NCBI GenBank assembly: GCA_036794765.1
Contig: DAIRGB010000002.1
Span: forward strand, 1-34,522
Direction of reading: 5' to 3'
DNA: 34,522 nt
Source of the DNA: Patescibacteria group bacterium
GTDB lineage: Bacteria > Patescibacteriota > JAHJAL01
Shown piece after piece: positions 1 to 8,037 of the stretch. The translations under genes and the position numbers were made by a program. Under the pieces are notes generated by a model that worked only from the letters and a program-made list of their open reading frames with translations, was not told the origin of the DNA and did no database searches. Positions within the stretch are counted from its first letter, which is position 1; each line of letters starts with the position of its first letter.

Positions 1-2
1 AA

Positions 3-536
3 TTGTCTTTTTGGGACAAAAAATGGGAAGAATTGGCGGTGAGGATAGTAAAGAAACGGAAAATGTTTATCAGATTTGTAAATGATAAGGCAAAAGGATA
101 TTTTGAAAAATTATTCGTTGGTGGTGGAAATTTGCAAGTGGAGTATATGAGAGCTAATTGGCAGGAAAGTGGTGTAACTTTGGTAGAATTTTTGTCCGGT
201 ATGATTGATAAAGAATTGAGATATGGTTCAACATTAATTGGTCCGCATCGTGATGATTTAATAATAAAATTACAAGGGAAGAAAATTGATCAAGTTGGTT
301 CCAGAGCGCAAATGCGTTTGGCGTTGTTGTCTTTAAAAATGGCGGAGGCGGATTATATTTTTCAAGAAAAACAAAATTATCCGATTTTATTGTTGGATGA
401 TATTTTTTCGGAGTTGGACGAAATTAATAAAATGAAAGTGATAGAATATGTGCAGGACAAACAAACAATTATTACTACTACCGAAATTGATAAGATGCTG
501 GATTTGTCCAAAATTGTTATGATAAAGGTTGAATAA
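3..536 (+). CDS. recF: DNA replication/repair protein RecF, C-terminal part (5' end is outside the window)
   Basis: The frame is open from the window edge. It contains RecF-type motifs (LIGPHRDDL; Walker-B-like PILLLDDIFSELD). A DUF721 gene follows, as in the canonical recF neighbourhood. Confidence 0.85.
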   Translation: MSFWDKKWEELAVRIVKKRKMFIRFVNDKAKGYFEKLFVGGGNLQVEYMRANWQESGVTLVEFLSGMIDKELRYGSTLIGPHRDDLIIKLQGKKIDQVGSRAQMRLALLSLKMAEADYIFQEKQNYPILLLDDIFSELDEINKMKVIEYVQDKQTIITTTEIDKMLDLSKIVMIKVE

Positions 537-550
537 TATAAATAAGAAAA

Positions 551-853
551 ATGGAAAAAATTGGGGATATTTTACAGAAAAAATACCAAAAAAAGTCGGC
601 CTTAACATTGTCTCAAATGCAAAGTATTACTATATGCAGTTTTTGGGATAAAGTAATGGCGGATATAGACAATAAATATGTGACAGAAAGTAAGGCCTTG
701 AGTTTTAAAAATGGTTTGTTGACTGTAGGTGTTAGTCATTCAGGAACGATGATGGAGATACAGTTTTTGGAAATGATTGTTTTGGAAAAATATGAAGAAA
801 TTGTGGGGGAAAAAGTTGTGGAAAAAATCAAATTTAAAATCGGTATGTGTTGA
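551..853 (+). CDS. DUF721 (DciA-like) small protein
   Basis: 100-aa ORF 14 nt after recF. The C-terminal pattern (NGLLTVGVSHSGTMMEIQF...KIKFKIG) is typical of DUF721 proteins found next to recF. Confidence 0.7.
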   Translation: MEKIGDILQKKYQKKSALTLSQMQSITICSFWDKVMADIDNKYVTESKALSFKNGLLTVGVSHSGTMMEIQFLEMIVLEKYEEIVGEKVVEKIKFKIGMC

Positions 854-883
854 TGATTTTGTAGTTTTATAATCTTGATTTTT

Positions 884-891
884 TGTATAAT
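884..891 (+). promoter_or_regulatory. Extended -10 box TGTATAAT upstream of the VirD4-like gene
   Basis: Exact TGnTATAAT match about 45 nt upstream of the start. No convincing -35. AT-rich background makes chance matches likely. Confidence 0.3.
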
Positions 892-934
892 TCTGTTATA
901 TTTTTGATATTAACTCAATTTTTGGTTAAAAAAG

Positions 935-3190
935 TTGATGAATAATTTGGATAACAATTTAGAAGTAAAAGAATATATTGTAAAATTGCCTCAACAGACT
1001 AGTTTTCAGGTAGAGGTGTTTAGTGATTTTTTGAATACTTTGTCAAAAATCTTGAAGGGTGTGCCGTTTTCCTGGACTCTAAATATGATTAATAAGAGGA
1101 TTTTTTATACGGTAAAGGTGTCCTCAAGGTATTATAGCGTTATGGAAAACCAGTTGTATTCGGTTTTTCCAAAAATTGAATTGGAAGAGGTTAAACGTAA
1201 TATCAGTCCGAAAAATATTGAAGGGGTGGCAAGAGCGGTTTTGACTTTGAGACACGGGGATTTTTATCCGTTTTTGTTGTTTAATCAGTTGGAAGGATCG
1301 TTTTTAGCCGATTTTTATAATCAGTTTAATCGGTTGGCGGTGACAGATGGCTTTTATTTTCAGGTAAAAATAAGGCCAATGGATAACGACCAAATGATAT
1401 TTGTTATGAAAAGGTCGTTGGCTTTGACATTGAAGCGAATTAGAGAAAGATTTAATTTTTTGGATATATTGTTTTCTAAAAAATCATCGAATGAAGTTCG
1501 TAATAAAGCTTTGGTGGCGGCAAAGGAGAAGAATAAGCAAAATTTATATTATACCGAAATTGATTTATTGATTTTTGCGGAAAATTACCAGATGGCGCAG
1601 GCGAAGTTGGAGCCGATTGCGCAAGTTTTTCAGAAATTGGAAAGTGAATTCAATGAATTTTCTTATAAAATAAAACCGGTTACTAGGGTTGATTTGGAGG
1701 AAATTACTTCGTTGAATTTTAGTAAAAAATCAATGTATATGACGGCGGACGAGATTAGTACTTTTTATCATTTTCCGCCTGACACGGATGCGGTGCCGAA
1801 TTTGTACAAAATTTTGTCTCCAAAAGCAGAGCCACCGTTGGGTTTATCAACTCCTGATAATACGCCGGCGGAAGAGTTGTGTGTTTTTGCCAGGACAAAT
1901 TATCGAAATATCAAGGAGTTGTTTGGAATAAAAAGAAGAGATAGGGCCAGACATATGTATATTATTGGTAAGTCTGGTTCAGGAAAATCGAAAATGCAGG
2001 AATTGTTGATAAAAAGTGATATTGAAAACGGTCATGGTGTTTGTGTGATTGATCCACATGGTGATTTGATTGAAGATATTATTCCTTTTGTTCCACAAAA
2101 TCGGATTAAAGATGTAATTTACTTTAATCCGGCTGATGAGGCTTTTCCAATATCTTTTAATCCGATCGAAAAAGTTGATCCGGTTTATCGGCAACAAGTG
2201 GCAATCGGTTTTATAGAGATTTTTAAAAAAGTATTTGCGGCCAATTGGTCACCCAGACTGGAACATGTTTTGCGGATGACGGTGCTGGCTTTGTTGGATG
2301 CTCCGAAAGCTTCTGTAATGTCGATATTATTATTGTTGACTGATCGAGAGTATCGTCAGGAAGTCATTAAAACGATTAATGATCAAGTGGTAAAGAATTT
2401 TTGGACAAATGAATTTGCCAGTTGGTCGGAAAGATTTGATTCGGAAGCAATAATGCCGATATTAAATAAAATTGGTCAATTTGTTTCCAATGGTTTGATT
2501 AGAAATATCGTTGGGCAAGAAGAGAATAAGCTGGTTTTTTCGGAAATCATGAATAATCGGAAAATCTTGTTGGTAAAATTACCAAAAGGAATATTGGGAG
2601 AGGAAAATACTTCTTTGTTGGGTTCGATGATAATTACCAAAATATATCAGGCAGCGTTGGCGCGGGCGGATGTGCCGGAAAGTCAGCGCGTTCCTTTTTA
2701 TTTGTATGTTGATGAATTTCAAAATTTTGCAACGGATTCTTTTGCCAATATTTTGTCTGAGTCGAGAAAATATAAGTTGAGTTTGACGATAGCTCACCAG
2801 TATGTGTCGCAGTTGTCTGATGTGGTGCGTAAAACGGTGTTTGGGAATGTTGGTTCGATTGTTTCTTTTCGATTGGGTCCGGAAGATGCATTGTTGTTGG
2901 AAAGAGAATTTGAACCCCGTTTTAAAGCGGCTGATATTACCAATCTGGGTGTGCAGGAGGTTTATCTAAAATTATCAATCAATGATGAGGTAAAAGAGGC
3001 ATTTTCGGCACGAACTTTGGATGCGGTGACCGTGACTACGTCTTTCAAAGATGAGATTGTAAAAAATACACAGCAAAATTATTGTAAAACCAGACAAGAA
3101 GCGGAAAGAGAAATCAGTCGGGAAAAATCCAAAGAGATGGAAGTATTGGAAAAATTAAAAGAAGACAATTTTTCCGCCCCGATTTTATAG
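935..3190 (+). CDS. VirD4/TraD-like (type IV coupling protein family) P-loop NTPase with a ~330-aa uncharacterised N-terminal region
   Basis: Walker A IIGKSGSGKS, HGVCVIDPHGDL, Walker B FYLYVDEFQNF and LTIAHQY, as in TraD/TraG/VirD4 ATPases. The start may be TTG 935 or ATG 938. Confidence 0.8.
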   Translation: MMNNLDNNLEVKEYIVKLPQQTSFQVEVFSDFLNTLSKILKGVPFSWTLNMINKRIFYTVKVSSRYYSVMENQLYSVFPKIELEEVKRNISPKNIEGVARAVLTLRHGDFYPFLLFNQLEGSFLADFYNQFNRLAVTDGFYFQVKIRPMDNDQMIFVMKRSLALTLKRIRERFNFLDILFSKKSSNEVRNKALVAAKEKNKQNLYYTEIDLLIFAENYQMAQAKLEPIAQVFQKLESEFNEFSYKIKPVTRVDLEEITSLNFSKKSMYMTADEISTFYHFPPDTDAVPNLYKILSPKAEPPLGLSTPDNTPAEELCVFARTNYRNIKELFGIKRRDRARHMYIIGKSGSGKSKMQELLIKSDIENGHGVCVIDPHGDLIEDIIPFVPQNRIKDVIYFNPADEAFPISFNPIEKVDPVYRQQVAIGFIEIFKKVFAANWSPRLEHVLRMTVLALLDAPKASVMSILLLLTDREYRQEVIKTINDQVVKNFWTNEFASWSERFDSEAIMPILNKIGQFVSNGLIRNIVGQEENKLVFSEIMNNRKILLVKLPKGILGEENTSLLGSMIITKIYQAALARADVPESQRVPFYLYVDEFQNFATDSFANILSESRKYKLSLTIAHQYVSQLSDVVRKTVFGNVGSIVSFRLGPEDALLLEREFEPRFKAADITNLGVQEVYLKLSINDEVKEAFSARTLDAVTVTTSFKDEIVKNTQQNYCKTRQEAEREISREKSKEMEVLEKLKEDNFSAPIL

Positions 3191-3199
3191 ATATTGTGA

Positions 3200-3331
3200 T
3201 GGTGGTAAAAATATTTTGCACTCTTAAAAATTTTACTCATGATAACGCTGTGAATGACGATGGCTAAGAATCTTTTTTGACGCCCGGATCATTTGTAAAA
3301 TTTTTAAGAGTGCAAAATATTTTTACCACCA
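3200..3331 (+). repeat. Hairpin A1: 36-37 bp perfect inverted repeat (3200-3236 / 3295-3331) around a 58-nt loop of family A
   Basis: Arms verified base by base as exact reverse complements. The loop is tcatgataacgctgtgaatgacgatggctaagaatcttttttgacgcccggatcattt. It begins 10 nt after the stop of the VirD4-like gene. Confidence 0.9.
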
Positions 3332-3421
3332 GTTTTGGATTGGATGATTTTTTGTTAGAAGACACTTGCTGCTGGAGTGTCTTTCTTTTTATACTGTAGA
3401 TGTATATTTAATCAAAGGAAT

Positions 3422-3841
3422 ATGTCTTTAAAGACTTATTTTGTGGGGATTGCAATTTCAACTTTTTTGGCGTGGTCGGCGTTTTATTTGACTTTGACCA
3501 ATATTGATCCATTTGTAACAGATAAAGCCGGTATGGCGTCATTTTTTGTCAGTATGTTTTTGGGTATTTTAGGTTTGGTGATTTTGATTTTGATATATTT
3601 TCGTTCACGAGTATATTCGGTGGCAGAGTTGTATGAAAAAATGCCGGTGATTTTGCGTCAGGCTTTTCTGGTTTCTTTTTTTTCGACAGCGGTAATCGGA
3701 ATGCAGGCGATGAGGGTGTTGAGGTGGTGGACGGCTTTGATGTTGATGATTATTGTGATTTTGGTGGAAATGAGTTTTTATATAAATACTTTTAAGTTTG
3801 AGGAAATTAAAGAGTTGGAGAATGATGAGGAAAAAGAGTAG
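3422..3841 (+). CDS. Small polytopic membrane protein (about 4 TM helices), hypothetical
   Basis: ATG 3422 is preceded by aaggaa. Strongly hydrophobic segments throughout. The GTG 3377 start in the ORF track is less likely. Confidence 0.6.
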   Translation: MSLKTYFVGIAISTFLAWSAFYLTLTNIDPFVTDKAGMASFFVSMFLGILGLVILILIYFRSRVYSVAELYEKMPVILRQAFLVSFFSTAVIGMQAMRVLRWWTALMLMIIVILVEMSFYINTFKFEEIKELENDEEKE

Positions 3842-3859
3842 TTATTGTGATTTGCGACC

Positions 3860-3960
3860 GCAAACTTGAATTATGTGAATTTAATATTTTTTAAACTAGA
3901 TGTTGGGATTGATGAGTTTGTAACAGTAAAAAATATTAAATTCACATAATTCAAGTTTGC
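3860..3960 (+). repeat. Hairpin B1: 33 bp perfect inverted repeat (3860-3892 / 3928-3960) around a 35-nt loop of family B
   Basis: Arms verified as exact reverse complements. The loop is aaactagatgttgggattgatgagtttgtaacagt. It begins 19 nt after the stop of the membrane-protein gene. Confidence 0.9.
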
Positions 3961-3986
3961 TACTCAAGTATTTTTGCAGTGTTCTT

Positions 3987-4102
3987 AAATTTTCAATTTA
4001 TAATTTTCAATCAATTTAAAATTACTCAATGTTTCAATGTTTGTAAGTTGAAAATTGGCTTATTAAAAATTGATTGAAAATTAGAAATTATAAATTAAAA
4101 TT
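3987..4102 (+). repeat. Element D1: imperfect inverted repeat built from AT-rich heptads (aattttN / Naaaatt), with a loop containing aaattggctta
   Basis: A 17-bp perfect core (4001-4017 / 4067-4083) has outer heptads paired across a 6-nt bulge. It ends 8 nt before the pheS ATG. Confidence 0.6.
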
Positions 4103-4109
4103 ATTCTAT

Positions 4110-5147
4110 ATGTGGGAAAGATTGGAAAAAATTCGGCAGGATGCTTTGAGTGAGATAAAAAAGATTAAGGAATTGGCGGTTTTGGACGAGACGAAAATAA
4201 AGTGGTTGGGGAGAAAAAGTGAGTTGACGGAATTGCTGAGGGGTTTGGGAAAAATTTCTCCGGAGGAGAGGCCAAAAATTGGACAAAAGACCAATGAGAT
4301 AAAAAGAGAGATTGAGCAAGCTTTGGATAATATTAAAATTGTTTTGCAACAAAAAGAGAATGATCGATCTTTGACGGCCGATTTGTTTGATGTGACGTTA
4401 CCAGCTCGTGATGCTAGAATTGGCCATTTGCATCCTTTGACCAGAACAATGTTGGAATTGGAGGATTATTTTGGTCGGATGGGTTATATGATTTATGAAA
4501 CGGAAAATTTGACCAATGAGTATGAAAATTTTGAAGGGGTGAATATTCCGGCTGATCATCCGGCGCGGGGAATGTGGGATACGTTTTGGGTAAAGGGGGA
4601 AGAGAAAAATAAAGGAAGATTGTGTATGGCGACTCACACTTCAGCTTTTCAAAATCGGATATTGCGGGAAAATAAGCCTCCATATAAGGCAGTGGCGTTG
4701 GGCCGATGTTTTAGACGGGAAGCGACTGATGCTACCCATGAACATACTTTTTACCAAATTGAAGGGGTTATAGTTGATAAAAAATTATCTGTTGGCAATT
4801 TGAAAAAGACTTTGATGGATATGGTGCAGTATATTATTGGTAAAAGAGTGCCGATCAGATTGCGTCCGAGTTATTTTCCGTTTGTGGAACCGGGGTTTGA
4901 GGTGGATGTGCAATGTGTAAAATGTCAGGGTAAAGGTTGTGGAATGTGCAAGGGCAATGGTTGGATCGAGATGTTGGGGGCGGGGATGATTCATCAAAAT
5001 GTGTTTGTGGAAGCAGGTTATAAAAGAAATGAATGGACAGGTTTTGCTTATGGTCCGGGATATGATCGGTTGACGATGATGCGTTATGGTATTACGGATA
5101 TTCGACATTTCTTTAACAGTGAACCGGAATTTATCGAGCAATTTTAA
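4110..5147 (+). CDS. pheS: Phenylalanine--tRNA ligase alpha subunit
   Basis: Class II core motifs (HPLT, FRRE..DATHEHTFYQIEG, FPFVEPGFEVDV, GAGMIH), plus the CxxC...CxxC knuckle seen in Bacillus-type PheS. ATG 4110 is preferred over TTG 4074, which lies inside repeat D1. Confidence 0.95.
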   Translation: MWERLEKIRQDALSEIKKIKELAVLDETKIKWLGRKSELTELLRGLGKISPEERPKIGQKTNEIKREIEQALDNIKIVLQQKENDRSLTADLFDVTLPARDARIGHLHPLTRTMLELEDYFGRMGYMIYETENLTNEYENFEGVNIPADHPARGMWDTFWVKGEEKNKGRLCMATHTSAFQNRILRENKPPYKAVALGRCFRREATDATHEHTFYQIEGVIVDKKLSVGNLKKTLMDMVQYIIGKRVPIRLRPSYFPFVEPGFEVDVQCVKCQGKGCGMCKGNGWIEMLGAGMIHQNVFVEAGYKRNEWTGFAYGPGYDRLTMMRYGITDIRHFFNSEPEFIEQF

Positions 5148-5177
5148 ATTAATAGCGACGTGAAATGTTATTTTGTG

Positions 5178-5304
5178 GTTTGTGTAAAATTTTTTGGTAT
5201 TTAATATTTTGCTCATGATAACGCTGCGAAGGACGATGTCTAAGAACCTTTTTGACGCTCGGATCATTCGCAAAATATTAAATACCAAAAAATTTTACAC
5301 AAAC
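5178..5304 (+). repeat. Hairpin A2: 35 bp perfect inverted repeat (5178-5212 / 5270-5304) around a 57-nt loop of family A
   Basis: Arms verified as exact reverse complements. The loop is tcatgataacgctgcgaaggacgatgtctaagaacctttttgacgctcggatcattc, differing from the A1 loop by 6 substitutions and 1 indel. The arms are unrelated to the A1 arms. Confidence 0.9.
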
Positions 5305-5351
5305 GTATTTTATGAGATTGGTTTAAATAGCAAAATTTTAAGAGGAATTTT

Positions 5352-7787
5352 ATGTTGTACTCATATAATTGGTTGAAAGATTATTTGGATGAAGAGGAAT
5401 TGAAAAAGCAAAAATGGACGGCGGAGAAGATTGGGGAGAGGGTGTCTTTGACCAATTGGGAATGCGATGGGGTGGAGAAGATTAGATTTTCCTGGCCGGG
5501 AGTGGTGATTGGAAAGGTTTTAAAAGTTGATAAACATCCCAATGCCGACAAATTGAGTGTGGCGATGGTGGATGTAAAGAAAGAAAAATTACAAATTGTG
5601 TGTGGGGCCAATAATTTGGCCAAGGGAATGTTGGTGCCGGTGGCTTTGGTGGGGACGAAATTGAAGGAAGGTTTTGAGATCAAAGAAATAGAGATCAGAG
5701 GGGTAAAAAGTACCGGGATGATTTGTGCGGCGGAGGAGCTGGGTTTGGAAGAAAAATCGAGTGGGATTTTGGATTTGGGAAAGGATTTACCGATAGGGGT
5801 GGAATTGGATAAGGCTTTGACTTTTGATGATGAGGCTTTGGAGTTTACTATATTGCCCAATCGTCCGGATGGGATGGCAATGATTGGGATGGCGAAAGAA
5901 ATCGGATTGGCGACGGGAGTAAAGTATTTTGAGCCAAAATTCAAATTTAAAGAAAATAGTGCCAAAAAGATAGACAATATGTTGGAGGTAAATATTAAGG
6001 ATCCGGAAAATTGTCATCGATATTCAGCGCGAGTGATTGATAATGTAAAAATTAAAGAATCGCCGTTGTGGTTAAAAAGAAGGTTGATTGTGGCCGGGAT
6101 GCGGCCGATTAATGCGGTGGTGGATATTACCAATTATGTGATGTTGGAATATGGTCAACCGATGCATGCCTTTGATTATGATTTGCTGATCGGACATAAA
6201 ATTTTTGTCCGAAAGGCCAAAAAAGGTGAGAGGATAGTGACGCTTGATGGTCAGAAAAAGATTTTGAGTGATCATGATTTGATTATTGCTGATGAAAAAA
6301 GACCTTTGGCATTGGCGGGGATTATCGGGGGCGAGGATAGCGGAGTGTTAAATAAAACCAAAACTATTGTTTTGGAAAGTGCGAATTTTGCCAGGCAAGT
6401 GATAAATAATACTAGTCATGAACAGGGTGTGGCGACTGATAGTTCGATCAGGTTTGGGAAGGGATTGCCGGCGAGTTGGACTATTAAAGCTTTAGAAAGA
6501 GCAACGTATTTGATTGTAAAGATTTGTGGTGGCGAGGTGGTGCGAGGAATGATTGATGTGCGTTCAAAGAGATTGTTGAAAAATGAGATTGAATTGGAGT
6601 ATGAATATTTGAATTCATTTTTGGGAGTGGATGTACCAAAGACTGACGTAAAAAGAATATTGAAGGATTTGGGATTTGAAATCGGGAAGTTTGGTGATGA
6701 ATCTTTGTCGGTAACTGTTCCGGATGACAGGATTGACGTGGAAGGTGCCGAAGACTTGATAGAGGAGGTGGGTAGGATTTATGGTTATGACAAAGTGCTG
6801 GAAACGACTTTTTCGATGGCGGTGGATTTGCCGCGGCCGGAAAAAAAGCGTCAATATAGAAATAAAATAATAAATTATTTTTTCAATAAGGGCTGGTCGG
6901 AAGTTTATTCTTATAGTTTTGTGACCGGGAAAAATGTTGTTGATTGGGGCTTTGAATTGGAAAATAGTTTTGAGTTACTCAATCCGTTGGATCAGGATTT
7001 GAAATATTTGCGGCAGTCGTTGGTGGCGGGATTGGTGGAAAAATATCGAAAGTGGTCGAAATATGATGAGGTAGTGCAGATATTTGAATGGGGGAAGGTT
7101 TATTCCAAACTGGATAAAGATAAAGAGAGGACGAAAATAGGACTGGTGTGGGGCGAGGACAAAAATGCAAAGGATTTGTTTTTGGCGGTCAAAGGTTTGG
7201 TTGAGGGTATATTGGCGCTAGGGGGAAGGAAAATCGAGCAGTTTGAATTGAAACGGGCGGAACAGATTGATGAACAGATCGAATATTTACACCCGGTGAA
7301 TAGTTTGGTGATTGTTGATGAGCATGGGCGGATTTTGGGTTCATTTGGTTTGCTACATCCGAGAATATGCGGAAATGAAAAATTGAAAAAAAATTTGGTA
7401 TATGGTGAATTTGATTTGAATAATCTGGTGGAAAATTTTGATGAAATGTATCGATATCAGGAATCGTCAAAATTTCCGGTGTCAAAATTTGACGCGGCGT
7501 TTTTGGTTGATTGGGAAGTGATGGCGAGGGATTTGATAAAAGAAGCCGAAGCGGTGGACAAAGATTTGCTTAAAAAAGTGGAAGTTTTTGATGAGTTTGA
7601 GATTGATGGTTCAAAGTTTAATGTTGAAAGTTTGAAAGGAAATACTGGGCGAAAAAAAAGTGTGGCTTTGCGTTTTTATTGGCAGGCGGAGGATCGGACT
7701 TTGTCGGATGAGGAGGTTAATGGTTTGATGGAAAAAATATATAGTGTGTTGAAAGATAAGTTTGGGGCGTTGTTGAGGGATAGGTGA
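5352..7787 (+). CDS. pheT: Phenylalanine--tRNA ligase beta subunit
   Basis: 811 aa. N-terminal MLYSYNWLKDY, a tRNA-binding (EMAP/OB) domain, B3/4 and B5 regions and a C-terminal FDX-ACB-like end. RBS agagga lies upstream. Confidence 0.95.
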   Translation: MLYSYNWLKDYLDEEELKKQKWTAEKIGERVSLTNWECDGVEKIRFSWPGVVIGKVLKVDKHPNADKLSVAMVDVKKEKLQIVCGANNLAKGMLVPVALVGTKLKEGFEIKEIEIRGVKSTGMICAAEELGLEEKSSGILDLGKDLPIGVELDKALTFDDEALEFTILPNRPDGMAMIGMAKEIGLATGVKYFEPKFKFKENSAKKIDNMLEVNIKDPENCHRYSARVIDNVKIKESPLWLKRRLIVAGMRPINAVVDITNYVMLEYGQPMHAFDYDLLIGHKIFVRKAKKGERIVTLDGQKKILSDHDLIIADEKRPLALAGIIGGEDSGVLNKTKTIVLESANFARQVINNTSHEQGVATDSSIRFGKGLPASWTIKALERATYLIVKICGGEVVRGMIDVRSKRLLKNEIELEYEYLNSFLGVDVPKTDVKRILKDLGFEIGKFGDESLSVTVPDDRIDVEGAEDLIEEVGRIYGYDKVLETTFSMAVDLPRPEKKRQYRNKIINYFFNKGWSEVYSYSFVTGKNVVDWGFELENSFELLNPLDQDLKYLRQSLVAGLVEKYRKWSKYDEVVQIFEWGKVYSKLDKDKERTKIGLVWGEDKNAKDLFLAVKGLVEGILALGGRKIEQFELKRAEQIDEQIEYLHPVNSLVIVDEHGRILGSFGLLHPRICGNEKLKKNLVYGEFDLNNLVENFDEMYRYQESSKFPVSKFDAAFLVDWEVMARDLIKEAEAVDKDLLKKVEVFDEFEIDGSKFNVESLKGNTGRKKSVALRFYWQAEDRTLSDEEVNGLMEKIYSVLKDKFGALLRDR

Positions 7788-7811
7788 AACAATATTTTGT
7801 TGGGATAAATT

Positions 7812-7840
7812 AAATAATCCGGTAACGGGTTATTTTTTTG
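7812..7840 (+). terminator. Intrinsic terminator of pheT
   Basis: aaataatccg-GTAA-cgggttattt stem (one U-G pair, GNRA-type tetraloop) running into a T-run. Confidence 0.7.
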
Positions 7841-8037
7841 TTTATAAATTTGGTTAGAAGTATTGCTTATTTGTTGGATAGATGGTCTGGTATAGTGAAA
7901 ATGCAATATAGGCTTGTTAAAATACTAATTTGAAATTATTATTTATAGTGCCTTGTTATTTAAAAACTTAGTATAAAAATTTTTAAAACTTTGTTTAGAA
8001 TGCAAGGCGAATTCACATGAAGGGTGCGTGATAAAAC

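Noticed and set aside
3893-3927. Hammerhead-like ribozyme core, because of TGATGAG in the B1 loop
   Set aside because: The TGATGAG is replaced by CAATAAG in B2/B3, and no GAAA or three-way junction can be drawn. It is not a conserved feature of the family.
4074-4109. TTG 4074 as the pheS start (MKIRNYKLKLFY extension)
   Set aside because: The extension is encoded by the heptad repeat arm of element D1 and has no counterpart in PheS proteins. ATG 4110 (MWERLEKIRQDAL...) matches the usual N-terminal helix.
4785-5376. ORFs 4785-5288 (-) and 5194-5376 (+), which have near-identical N-termini (MVFNIL.MI...ILNTKKFYT)
   Set aside because: They are mirror-image translations created by palindrome A2. 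One is antisense to pheS, the other overlaps the start of pheT, and there is no coding signal.
7789-7840. Armless family-B-like sequence at the pheT terminator (aaac-aatatttt-gttggga-...-gtaac-gggt)
   Set aside because: The similarity rests on short words (aaac, gttggga, gtaac) that are expected a few times by chance in this composition. The region is adequately explained as a standard terminator. It is worth re-testing once a covariance model exists.
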